A stretch of 61,593 nt of DNA, filler included, from Choristocarpus tenellus KU-1152 (taxonomy: Eukaryota; Protista; Phaeophyceae), in assembly GCA_964200185.2 (NCBI GenBank). It is 11 parts of 11 records of this genome, joined end to end, with 100 filler letters (N's around TTAATTAATTAA, not from the genome) between each part and the next. Parts side by side here need not be neighbours in the genome. Positions count along the whole stretch, not along the records: positions 24,618 to 30,224 come from CAXNAD020010268.1; positions 30,325 to 35,201 come from CAXNAD020012695.1; positions 35,302 to 41,069 come from CAXNAD020009799.1; 8 more parts are not named here. One strand, written 5' to 3'. Below, piece by piece: positions 25,706 through 37,546 of this stretch. Positions within the stretch are counted from its first letter, which is position 1. Every line of letters begins with the position of its first letter. Position numbers and translations under genes: made by a program. The notes beneath the pieces were generated by a model. That model was not told the DNA's origin. It searched no databases and was given only the letters and a program-made list of their open reading frames with translations.

Positions 25706-28700
25706 CTAGCTTTCCACCCCCTTCCCCTTAAGCCAGGGGGGGACACAGTTCCTCTCATCAAAGAAGGTGTGCATAAGCATCTGAGTGGCAGTGATACGCT
25801 TGCTTGGATCTACCATAAGCACCTGTGTGTAGAGGTCACATGGCATAGGTGGATTAAACAGGAACCAACTCAATAGCAGCAGATAAAAGTCTACGATAAA
25901 GCAGACGATGTGCTGAATGAAGTTGAGCTTCTCATGAGCTCAAACACAAGACAGTTGCTAGGTGCCAGCACTGTCTGTCATCAGTACCACAATATCATGT
26001 GACAGTAAGGAGTGAGGACATTGTTCCCCATGTAATCTCGGCCTGTAGGGTAAAACCCTTGCCAGTACCCGTTCAACTAGAAGAAAATGAGGTCCTTCCC
26101 CAACAATGGATGTACATCTCCAATTGTGCACGTACATGTAGAAGTATACCCATAGTGCTATTGATACAAAGTACGCAGATTGCATTGACAGGTGTAAGTT
26201 TTCAAAATGTCCACAGACAGTACGCAAGTAAGGCATGAAAAAGTTGAGCGTTATGAGATAGTAACCGCTTCACACTGATGCTCCACCGACCTAGCGGATG
26301 AGCGTTGCCATGTTGTATGACACTATCTCTGGCAACACATACAGCCCTGCCTCAACATTCAGCAAATGTATTAGTTCCTCCTGTACAATGACAAAGCAAC
26401 GAGAGGGCAAGCACTCATCACCAACCTGCCTTGCAGACCTTGTCCTGGACCATGGAGCTATGGTACAGAGTCCTCAAAACGTCCATTGGGGTGTTGAAGT
26501 ACATGTACCGGAAGCTATCTCGATAATTCTATTGCATTTCTGTAAGAAACTACTGTCACATGATCTACCACACTATCAATTATTTCAAGCACTGAAGTCC
26601 GCTCGTCTTGATATATTGCCAACAACTGACACAACCATACGAAAGAACTCAACTCTGGTCTGTCATGTTCTTGCCATACGTAGCACTGAATATTGTTTAT
26701 CCAGAAACAGATTGGGAGGAAGTAGATGGGACCTGTTTTCTACAAAGGCACATCCCATCTATTGATGTACATAGTCATGGGGAGGGATCCAATACTGCAT
26801 CACATCAACTTTGCTCAAACAAAATATATACATACTGTACGGGTGCAGATTAAGGCAACTTCATGCAAAAAAAAACAACTCTGTGTCTCAGATTGTCACT
26901 GGCCTTGCCCAGGGGTTGATCAATTTTGATCCGTGGTGTGTACCTTGAGAAGCTTCACCGGCACGTTTACTGGGTTGTTGTGGCAAGGTGCGATCCCATC
27001 AAGGTCAGAGCTAGGCTGCATCCCGTAGTGGGGGAATATCTCAAAATCTATCTCGTTTGGAGTTGTGAGCTCGCTCATGGTCACTCCCAGAGCCCACACG
27101 TCCACAGGTGTCCCACATTTCCTCCACATCCTTTTGCTGCTGAGCATGTGACCCACCTGTCATTTCTCAGCTGTCAGGGTCGGGTTCCTTCAAAACTACT
27201 TGGAAATACTAGCCAAGCAACAGCTACTTGGACTTGTGTATTATCCACAGTCATTCTTACAGGGCAGCATGATGCATCTCTCTCCTAGGTTGACCCATTG
27301 ACTGACCATAGAGAAGAGAGGTATGCTCCTAAGATGAAACAACGGACACCATCTAGTGGTAACTCAGTTCATGCAGAGATCTATTTTTCTCCTTACCAAG
27401 AAGTGTGAGTTCCCAAAATCGTGTCACACTAGAAACTTCACCACACGCAACCAAGTCTGAGACAGACTTCAAGTGTGATGCAGACTTGTCTGGGTTTTGC
27501 CCACAGTACCACTACTGTTGAACAAGATGGATGTGCTCTTGTGGTATCGATGTATTGAGTCTACAGGGCTGGGTGATTGTCAAATCCCACCCTCCAAACA
27601 ATTCATGTGAAATCAACATCCGTCTTTCAAGGCGATGACAAAGAATTGACTTGCAGTGCCCACTGGGATCCTGGTTATTATGCTGCCATGTGGAGCTGTT
27701 GTGCATGTTTAGCATGTTTCAAATATTGCAATGGCTGATGAATACCACTATCACTCAATACCAATGCAGACAACTAAATTCCTACACAAACATCACAAAT
27801 GCCCCCTGTGCAATAGTAAATCTAGGGGACACACACGGATATTGAGGAACACATGTCACAGTGCAAACATTTGTTAAAAGTGGTACATTGGAACAGAGTT
27901 GATGCAACATAAGCTCCAGCACTCTCAAACAAAGTATGGCTTCGACCACTTGTATACTGGTACACCTGGACAGCAGCTGATGCAGCAAATCTCCAATAAA
28001 GCTGTTCGATGAAAGGTTATGATATCAAGGGCTTCCCAAGGGCCTACCCAGAACAACCAAATTCTAAGACCAGGCTTACCGTATTACTCATGAGTTCCGG
28101 GACACGATGCTGTGAAGTCCCCCAGCAACACTCTGTGAGGCCAACATTGGGATCTATGGTCACAGCTTGCCCAAAATCGGTCAATTTCACCACCTGCCAG
28201 CAGTTTACGGGTTTGCAGATAATCGTGCAATACAAAGCATATTGGAGAGTAGAAATGACCATGATGTAGAATGTACCGATCAGCTCCCCTCACAGAAAGC
28301 AAACACCAAGAGAACGGTATATGAAGGTTTCGTGTGGAAAGAGCAATACTCTTACCTCGAATGAGGTGATCAGGATGTTGTCGTCCTTGATGTCTCCATG
28401 GACAATACGCTTCTTGTGGAGGTAAGAAAGTGCACTGACAATGAAAAGAGGAAGGGTGGGATGAGCGTCACATGAGCTGTGGAGACCTCGTTGTTGGGTT
28501 GCATTTTTCTTTTTAGGTTGAATTTTTCGGGTGATAGAGGGGCAGGGTAAAATTTCACTAGATCAATAACGTCAACACATAACTGATGAATCGCTGCAAT
28601 TCTACTCAAGAAGTTTGAGCTTGGGTGACACTATATAGCGATATGACTGACTGGAATCGCTTGATTTCCCAAACATGAGCACACAATCAAAGTGCATACT

Positions 28701-29841
28701 GTTATGTCTTTATGTTTTAGCTTGGTCAAGAGACAGACATCTTCCAGAATTCATTGACTTTGCGTCTTGCATTACATTGGGACCACACGGAACCTACTAA
28801 AAAAAAAACACAGGAAATGGAAGGAGTGTAATTTCCAAGTACAAATGAGGAACAAGCAAGGAACAAACCTGGCCACTCCCTTGGTGATCCGGGCAATGGC
28901 CCACTCTGGCACATGTCCTTCATTCCTGCAGAGGCGAGGGTTATGGCATTGAAGAGCAAAGAATGTATGGTGGTAATGGTTTACTGTGGTTTCTCAGAGA
29001 TGGTGTGTGTATTGAAAATTTGAAAATTTGAAAAATGGCCCCTATACACCATTATGACGAAAATGAGATCAATACCTTTTGGCCACAAGAGAGAGTGCAG
29101 TCTAGTGGAACAACTACACTGGTGTGCAATGTCTTGCTTGCTCAAAAGGACGCAAGCAGACATCAAGACAAGCAATATGTTCTTAAGCTTCAATTTCGAG
29201 TGAAAGTATCTTAGAGGGTACGAGTTTCGCCCTGTTTGTCCATTTGGGGCTTGGCTTCCCACGGGTTTTTATGACATTTTCCTACTCCAAAATGTTTCGG
29301 AGTAGGTAAAATGTATACGTTACGAAAAGGTATGTCCGAGACAAGGATACTGACACTTCCTAAAAAACACGATAGCCAAAATTATATCAAAATCGCAAGA
29401 TTGGAATTTGGGCCCCCAAATGGACGTGGTCCTACCCTCTTAGGTACTTTGGCTCTTTCTCATCTGCCCAAAGGTGGGAGGCACCCCATTGGTCAATGTC
29501 GGTAAGAGCACCACAATAGTTGAAAGTTATGTCCGATTTATGCGTTTCAGTCCCTCACTCTGGTTTGGCGGCCAAGGCCTTTGCAAAACAATTCGCAGTT
29601 CCTCCAGAGACATATTCCATCACCAGTGTGTTATCGATCCCTGCACAGACTCCGATTGCAGCAATGATGTTGGGGTGTTGCTGATCTAGCAGCAAGAGCT
29701 CCTGACCCCGACCAAATCGAGCAAAGGGGACCAATTGGTGCCAACATGGAGTAATTCAGAAATCAGACATCTTTGTCACAGCTCATATATACACTACCAC
29801 GGAACCTGGAGCTACTAATCTCGACTTTGAGGAGCTCCTCC
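25706..29841 (-). pseudogene. Divergent Ser/Thr protein kinase, subdomains III-XI, probably pseudogenised (exons 29841-29798, 29685-29559, 28925-28869, 28434-28356, 28193-28080, ~27135-26944, ~26507-26426, 26328-26291, 25822-25706)
   Basis: Spliced product: EELLKVEI...QHPNII...LVMEYVSGG...VPEWAIARITKGVASALSYLHKKRIVHGDIKDDNILI...VKLTDFG...WGTSQHRVPE...PVDVWALGV...IVSYNMATLIR* | VLMVDPSKRITATQMLMHTFF. Lesions are an in-frame TAG at 26293-26291, an apparent CGG in place of a CAG acceptor near 26508, and a phase mismatch before the DVW exon. Confidence 0.8.
29198..29455 (-). mobile_element. MITE family A, full length, in a kinase intron, with a 4-bp TSD (TTTC)
   Basis: tttc|GAGTGAAAGTATCTTAGAGGGTA...TACCCTCTTAGGTACTTTGGCTC|tttc. 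Confidence 0.93.
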
Positions 29842-29960
29842 CTAACACCATGTTGTGTAACACAGAGGGATATTCCAATGTTGTGTGAATCGAAAGAATT
29901 GTACATCAATTTCTCATTGATGTATTTTTCCAGCACCAACACATGCAGATATTGCTGAGA

Positions 29961-30205
29961 GAGTCAAAGTACCTTAGAGGGTAGAGTCGCGTCCATTTGG
30001 TTTCCAAAATCTGATGTTTCAATTTTGATGTAATTTTGGCTGTCATGTTTGTTAGAAGATGTCAATATCCTTGTTCCGCACACACCGTTTCATAATGTAT
30101 ACATTTTACCTACTCAGGAACATTTTGGGGTAGGTAAAATGTCATTAAAACCCGTCGGAAGGCAAACCCCAAATGGACAAACAGGGCAAAAATCGTACCC
30201 TCTAA
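29961..30205 (+). mobile_element. MITE family A copy whose right TIR is interrupted by a family B element
   Basis: GAGTCAAAGTACCTTAGAGGGTA...CGTACCCTCTAA, then the sequence switches to the family B terminus. Confidence 0.9.
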
Positions 30206-30224
30206 GGGTCAAAGTATCTGGGGG
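30206..30224. mobile_element. MITE family B terminus nested in a family A TIR
   Basis: GGGTCAAAGTATCTGGGGG followed by the contig end. Confidence 0.75.
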
Positions 30225-30324
30225 NNNNNNNNNNNNNNNNNNNNNNNNNNNNNNNNNNNNNNNNNNNNTTAATTAATTAANNNNNNNNNNNNNNNNNNNN
30301 NNNNNNNNNNNNNNNNNNNNNNNN

Positions 30325-31730
30325 GCCTGGAGGAAGGAAAGGCACAGGGCCTGGAGGAAGGAAAGGCACAGGGCCTCATGCCCTTGACTAGCCCCCGGTC
30401 AGCCGCATTCCTGGACATGACGTACCGACCTCCGACTCCCCCACGGTGTGTGTGGGGTGCAACAGCCAGTAGTTCCACCTTCTCTGTTGCAGAAACCTCA
30501 CCTGGGGCAGTTGGGGGATCTGCCAATTTGCTTGGGTTGGGGGGAAATGCTGGAGTGGGAGGTGGTGATGAGGCATCATTTGCAGTGACCATTGATGCCT
30601 ATTCCCCAGGGTTGAGACCAATGTCACCGGGGCAACTGTTGCCCCCACCATCCCTGGTGGGTCTGGGGGGGACTGGGGGGGCTTCTGGGGCAGGGGTGGG
30701 GGTGAGGGCAGGAGCAGGAGGAGTGACTGGTGTAGCTGAGGAGTACAATGGAGTAAATGAATATCCCAGGGGTTTGGTAGAGAGTGAAGCTTATGAAGCT
30801 ACTGCTGCTCGCGTTGCAGAATCCTCTGCATTGCTGGGGAGGCGGCTGAGGGCCAGGGTACTGCAGGTTCCAAAAGCAGAGGATACCTCGAAGGCTATAT
30901 CAGTGTCAGAGTTGGAAGCAACCCTTCTTGAAACGGCAAGAGCCTCTGCCAGAGCGCCTGTGGGGACTGGAGCAGGGGGCAGGAAGGTTGGAGTCCAGGG
31001 TGAGAGAGCAGCAGCCCGACAAGGGAAAATGAGGGTGGGGGTTAGGGAGGAGTCAGCCCAGGGCCTTGACTCTGAAGATGCGTCAATAGAAGGTATATCA
31101 TCATTGGGCTTTAGGATTGATGATAATGTTAGCAAGAGTCCTGTGAGAGCTGCGGTAGAGGTTGAAGGGGCAGCTGCTGCGCTTGTTGAGGAGGCGGGAG
31201 GTAGGGTTGTGGCTGGTGGGGTGGGGGCAGAGGCTGCGAGAGCTCAGGTAGGTATGGTAGCTGAAGATGAGGGTGGGGCTGAGAGGGAGGTTGAAGAGGC
31301 TGGAGCAGGAGTTGAGCCTAGGGTGGAGGGTGAAGCCGAAGTAGGGGCAGACAGGGAAGGGGCAGGGGCAGGAGAAAGACCAGCTGGTGTTGATGATGAC
31401 GATGTGGAGGTGGAGGTGGAGGTGCACATGGCAATCGATGAGCTGCTGGGAATCCGAGGTCCGATTTCAATGCTCCTGCGGAATGCGCTGTGGCTGTTGG
31501 CGTTTAACGGGGCGTACTTGGGGTTGTTCGCGTTCTTTCCCTTTTCCATTGGATCCAGGTTTGTTTGTTTGTGTGTTCTGAGGTCTAGGGTTTGTGTTTT
31601 GTAGATGAGGAGGGGGGGAAGAAGAGGTGGTGTGGTTTTATGTTGGTGGTGGTTGGGGGGGGGGGGGGGAGGGATAATTTTTAATGAAGGNNNNNNNNNN
31701 GGGGTGGGGGGGGGGGGTTGGGGGGTGGGT

Positions 31731-31761
<31 letters not shown>

Positions 31762-32405
31762 AGTGATAATTTTTAATGAAGGCTGCAGACTGATGGATTG
31801 TTGCTTTGTTCTAAGATCCATTGTGGGGGTGATTGAGTCAATCCTCTTCCCTTTCCCTGTCCCTGTCATCAGTGTCTTTTATTGTGGAGGCAAATGTTAG
31901 ATGTTTTAAAAGTGGAGTGTGCCGAGATAGAGAGGGGTTAAAAAGTGATCATAGGGAGTTTCTAACCTCAATGTGTTGCACTGACTCTATGCGAGATGTA
32001 GGTGGGTACTGTTGGTGGAAAGTATTCCTTTTTGTAGAGTTTCTCTCCTCTCATCAAACTTACAGTTCTTCTTCTTGTTCTTGTTATTGCTACAACTTAT
32101 TCATTTCATGGTTTGAGTAATACAGTAGGCAGATCTTATCAGTCACTTGATAAAGTTTAATCAAATTGCTAACCCAATTATAAGAAAACTTGCTTGGTTT
32201 AGTGGGTGATAGAGTTAGACTTGATGAAGCTTTAAAAAAGCTCTTTAGCTCCTTTGCTGTGATAGAGCTGTAGTTTCAGGGTGAATCTGATATCACCATC
32301 CTGTGCAATGTTAAACAATATGTTGGAGGTAGTGTTTCAAGTAGAGTGCACAGTAGTGCCCACTTTGACTTAAAAGTGCTTGTTAGCTGTGCACACACAG
32401 ACACA

Positions 32406-32442
<37 letters not shown>

Positions 32443-34693
32443 TTATATTTATATATACATGCACTTGTCTTGAAGTATATTAAAAATCAGTTCTTGTTTT
32501 TTTTACTTTCATTATTATTGTTATTTTTATTATTATTGTTACTTTTATTATTATTGTTATTTTTATTATTATTGTTTTACTTCGAAGTAATGGTTATGGT
32601 GATGGTTACGATTATTTTGCTTTTTTGACATCTCAATATTGTTGTCACCAGTGTTCACTGGGGTTGTTGCAAATCATAGGGTACCGGCATCACTCCTCCA
32701 CTCATGTTGCAAGTCATAGTTTTTTATAGAGGCTTCCCGAACATGCTGGCTACGTTTGGGAGTGTTGACATCCAGGAGCCATGTTGCGTTTTGTGGAACC
32801 TGTCTTTGGGACTGGCTAGGTCATTGGCATTGCACCCCCTAGTTCACTGTGGAGATGGTCCTGCAAAAATAAAATTGCTTTTTGCTGAGGTTCTCTCTCT
32901 TTCTCGTTTATTTTTCTTTCTTATTGAGAATTGAATAGTTGAAAAACCCTAACCCCAACCCCAAAAGTCCGTCAGGGGAACATCACATGATTGACAGTTT
33001 CAAAACCTGTTGAGGGCATTAGTTGTGTCACTGCCGTACTGTACCTGCCTAGAGCAGCACTATGTATGTAGCATGTGTACCCTTCTGTGCTGTATGTTAT
33101 TGTGATCCCCTCAACCAAACAGACCACCTCTCTGGTGGGTGCAACCGCAAGGTTTTTTTAATGTTCTCCTAAGGTTATTTGAAAATTCTGAGAAAAATAC
33201 CCTGTCTGTTACTGCGATCCATTCAGCCCCTCCTCCCCACCCAAAAAAGATGCCATGTCTCTGATGGGCACAAACCGGTAGGTTTAGAGAAAAAAAGTTC
33301 TCTTCTGTTATTATTTATTTATGTTCAAAAAAATTTCTGGAGAAAAAAATTTCCGAGAAAAGGTTCTGAGTTCCCATCTTGAGGCGTTGATCCTCGTTTT
33401 TGATATGAGCTGAAGTGACAAGGCGAGCATATATTCCTGTGCTGCAATCGGTGCTAGAGGGGGAAGTGTAGATGTAGATGCACACGCATCCATGCTCCTC
33501 TGTTCACATGTGGGCAGAAGTTGATACCCACTCTCCCTTTCACATGTCCCTCTGATGATAACGTTGATGTTGATGTTGATGTTTTGGCGGCAATTGCCTC
33601 TTGGTCATGGCTAGTGTGGTCCATGCTTTTGCAAAGTACATCGATGTACTGTCTCTGTTGGGAGAGGAGTTTGATGGCTTGGGGGTCATCAAGATTCTGA
33701 AAGGGGCCAAGAATGTGAGTGAAACGGCATGGGATATTATGAACGGGGGGGGGGGGAGTGTAAGTGTTTATGAGAAGATTTGAATTGAGTTTGATTTTTG
33801 AAACTGTGGTTTTTAATGGGGGGATGAAGTTGGACCGGAGGGAGGTTGAAAGGGGAACATGGTAAGATTGTTACGTAGGTGCATTGAAATTGTCTATTCC
33901 CTTGCGTCCTTTCCTGCAGAAGTGATGATATCATTGTATATCATTGTGAGTGAAGAGCTCGATGTGAGCATTGTCTTATTTTTATTGGGATTGGAAAAAG
34001 AAAAGCGGTTTTGGTCTGATTGATTAGAATCAAAACGTGCGTACAAAGCGCGAAGGAGTGCGGGACGTGTGCGAATTAGTTTTGCTGAGGTATGTAGAGG
34101 CGTTGCATAGAAAATTTGAGCGAGAGAGACTGCGGCGCGGTTTTATCTGTTTCCTATTATTAGTGTAGTACAATAATAATAATAATAATAGTAGTAGAGT
34201 TGAGCTTGTCTGTTTTGAAGTTAATTTGGTTTTGATGTTAGTTATTATTAGTGTAGTATAATAATAATAATAATAATTGAGTTGGACTTGAAGTTAATGA
34301 ACATTTTTTTGGCATAAAAAGGTATATCTTGGGGAGTCAATCATGATCGCTGTGATTCAAGACGCGCTCGATGGACTCTGGGTGACAACTAAGTTGCAAC
34401 CTGCAGGAGAAGTAGGTTGATAGTATAGTAGCAGTTGAACTCCTGGGTATTTGATTGAGTCTGCTTTATGACGTACTGTAGTACTTGCATGTGTGTTGTA
34501 AAGAGAGCTGAGTGTTGCCAGGACTGGTTGATGGTTACATCCCCCCTCCCATGCTTGTTTATATTCCCCTCGACCTGATTCCCGATATCTCCTGGGACTT
34601 GTCCAGGTATGGTTTGAGTTGGTAACGATCGGTGAATTGCAAGACAATACCCTGCAGCTCACGGACCTGGTCACCATTTGCCTGGGGTATATG
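30325..34693 (+). CDS. DOA10: DOA10/MARCH6 (SUD1-like) ERAD E3 ubiquitin ligase, internal fragment (exons <30325-31558, 33615-33714, 34607-34693)
   Basis: IDELLGIRGPISMLLRNALWLLAFNGAYLGLFAFFPFSIG matches the TEB4-Doa10 membrane-region motif (plant DELVGMQGP...PFSLG). The third exon, LQLTDLVTICLGYM, matches the LSDVTTLAVGYM motif. Exon phases 2 and 0 are compatible. Confidence 0.85.
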
Positions 34694-35785
34694 GTGAGAC
34701 TCTTTTCCTCTTTCTTTTTTAAAGATAACTGATAGTTTTATGTTCGACTTTTTTAAATCTTTTTTTTTGTATGGTGTCTTGTTGTTGAGTTTTTGTCATT
34801 TTTGTTGTTGGTAAATGAACGTGGATACTATTTTTTTGTTTTATTGATGTATATAGTTAAAAAATGTTTTTGAGGAATGTTTTGCACTTCTGGATTCAGT
34901 CAAAGAGATATTGAGATGAGTTGAGTCGGTGCGGTTAACCCTAACCCTAATATAAAATCGAATGACTCCAACTTGCTACATAAGAAGTGTGGATAGTAAT
35001 AATAATAATTTATTATTGTTATTATTTTGTATCATTAGTACTAGTTTTCATAGCGTTAGTGTGAGGGGGATCTCAAGACCCGTGGTTGAAATGGTATGTG
35101 AAGTAAAGAATAAACCCTCCGCTTGAGAAGAGGAAGGCAAAAGAACTGAGGATATGCAAGGTTCACACCACTCCTCACCCCCCCCCCCACCTGCCTCCCT
35201 TNNNNNNNNNNNNNNNNNNNNNNNNNNNNNNNNNNNNNNNNNNNNTTAATTAATTAANNNNNNNNNNNNNNNNNNNNNNNNNNNNNNNNNNNNNNNNNNN
35301 NAGGAGGAGGTCGTGTTTGGTGTGGCCACCACGGTTCCGGTGCAATGACCTTTTTTTTTATTCTGTGGGGGGGTGGGTGGGGGGGGGGGGGGGGAAGTGA
35401 GTGAGCACACAACAAAGCTAACATTGCTCTATTCAGAAGTGCAGTAGTTCCTACCTGGATACAGAGCTGGGTTCCTTTTACAGTGGCCTGTGGTTACCAT
35501 CTTGTGTATTGATTTGGAAGTGAAAATAGCCTTTCCTTCATATCATGACCTACTTGAACCCAAACCATTATGTGAAGTACAGATCACATAAGTTTGATTT
35601 TATCTCCCGTTGCAGACCATAATTGTAGTGGGCTATTCCGTAACAGCTAAGCACTCTTTTGTTGTTGGGATGAATGGAGTTCTTGTCTCAACTCCCTTCA
35701 AGCAGTGAACTGGCTCTCTGCCCTTTTTTCTCACACACACGCGCACACACATACACATACACATACACGCCTTCTATATATGCAG

Positions 35786-37546
35786 GGACCGCTTCTGGCA
35801 CAAGCCCATCTTCGACTCCCTTGAGGTCCTCAGAGTTCGATGTGAGGCACATGACACCACTCTTGTGTCCGCATCCCTGAGATGGTTGTACCATCACTCT
35901 GCACTCAAGGGTAAGTCACACCGAGTGATGTATCAGTGATAATACTAAGTGAAATGCAACCTGGAAAAAATAAAAATAAAACGGGAGAAAAATATCCGTT
36001 CCCCCCCCCCCCCCCCCCCCCCCTCCTCCTTTTTTTGATGATAACATACACCTTTTTTTGTCATATTGCTTGCTATATTGCAAATGATGTGCTCTGTCTG
36101 TCTCCTTCAAGGTACAGTACCTCGTTTGAGGATGCGCAACAGCTCTATATTTCCCACCCGCTCCCCTTTTTTTGTATCTGATTCGATCGACTGTTATTTT
36201 CATGTCAATGGCCCCCTAACACTATGCACCTACCCCCCTAACACCACTCTGTACCTACCTCGGTCTCTTCCCTTGGAAGGAGAGTACCGAGATGCGGTAG
36301 TGTTGTGTGGAACTAGCCTGGACCAGAACAAGGCCAACATCGCAGCATCTATTGATGACAGGCCCCTCCCTCAGGTGGTTATTGGTGCACAATGAGACTA
36401 CAGAAGTGGACAGAGCGCAGTCCAACGGAATGCTTGTGGGACGAGAGAGGCTTTGTGGGTAGTGCAGACCGGCATGGGTAGAGGGTAGAAGGGTTATCGA
36501 ATGTATTTTGAAATTGAAAGAGCCGTCCGGTATTTGACTTTCCTTTTGTTGCACGCGACATTTCTGGTGTGTTTGTTGGTCCTCTCTCCTCGACGGGGTC
36601 TTCACGCGTGTATGTGGGTGGGTGAAGCCTGAACTTGCTGGAGTATTTGCGGAAATTGCAACCCTTTTTTTCTTTCTTTCTTTCATCTCCTTGTGTGCAG
36701 AGTACGCAAAGGTCCTTGTCCTATATAACCCTAGCCCTAAATTCTACAACTCGACAAAGTCTACCCTCCAGCTGACCCCCATCGCCCTTGCTTGAACAGA
36801 ACGTTAAGGCCTTGCATTCCGTGTTCCCACACGTAAGAGTATGTGTCACTATAACAAGAACCGTCGATCCCCATAGGCTGTACTTGTTGGTACTTTTTGT
36901 AGTTAGGGCTATTTTGAACTCCGTGCCTGGTCCATCACTTCCATGTATCACTACCTAACTACATGTAGGTATCTAATGTATCTACCGGCTCTATGGTTAT
37001 ACTATGTTATGTTCGCGCCCTCATCTCGCTGATGTATATATTGGGGGGATAATTTCTTCCCCTTGATATTTTTTTTCAACTGAAATATTTTGGGATCACA
37101 CACTTTTCTGTACACTCTGACTGCAGGGTAATTGATAGTACAATAAAAAAAATTATTATTATTATTATTGTTGTAACGTAAATGATAACATATTCCTTTT
37201 TTTGTTTTGCAGAAAAAACTTTGATTCTTTTCACGCAGTGCAGCCGTTGGTTACTGTGTAAGAGCGCGATTCAATTAGAGTGTCCACCGTCTACCATTTT
37301 TATTTGTATTTTTCATTGCCTTGAACCAACATCAGCCCATTGGTGTAGCCCCGAAGACAGGCAAGGACTGCTCTTTTGCAAAATTGAAGTAGTAGTAGTG
37401 CAATAACTGGGATACACAGCCATGTGTGATGTTTATATATCATCCCTTCCTTTCCTGTTCATCTCTTGGTTTGTCAGGACATTGTGGATGGCTTTGAGGA
37501 TGCGTGGTCCTCAGCAAAGCCAGTGTGTCCCCTATACTTTAGATGA
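35786..37546 (+). CDS. AKR7A: Aflatoxin B1 aldehyde reductase-like aldo-keto reductase (AKR7A), last three exons (35786-35910, 36280-36374, 37478-37546)
   Basis: DRFWHKPIFDSL...SASLRWLYHHSALK | GEYRDAVVLCGTSLDQNKANIAASIDDRPLPQ | DIVDGFEDAWSSAKPVCPLYFR* parallels the AKR7A C-terminus ([22 protein letters not shown]...CPNYFR). Confidence 0.92.
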
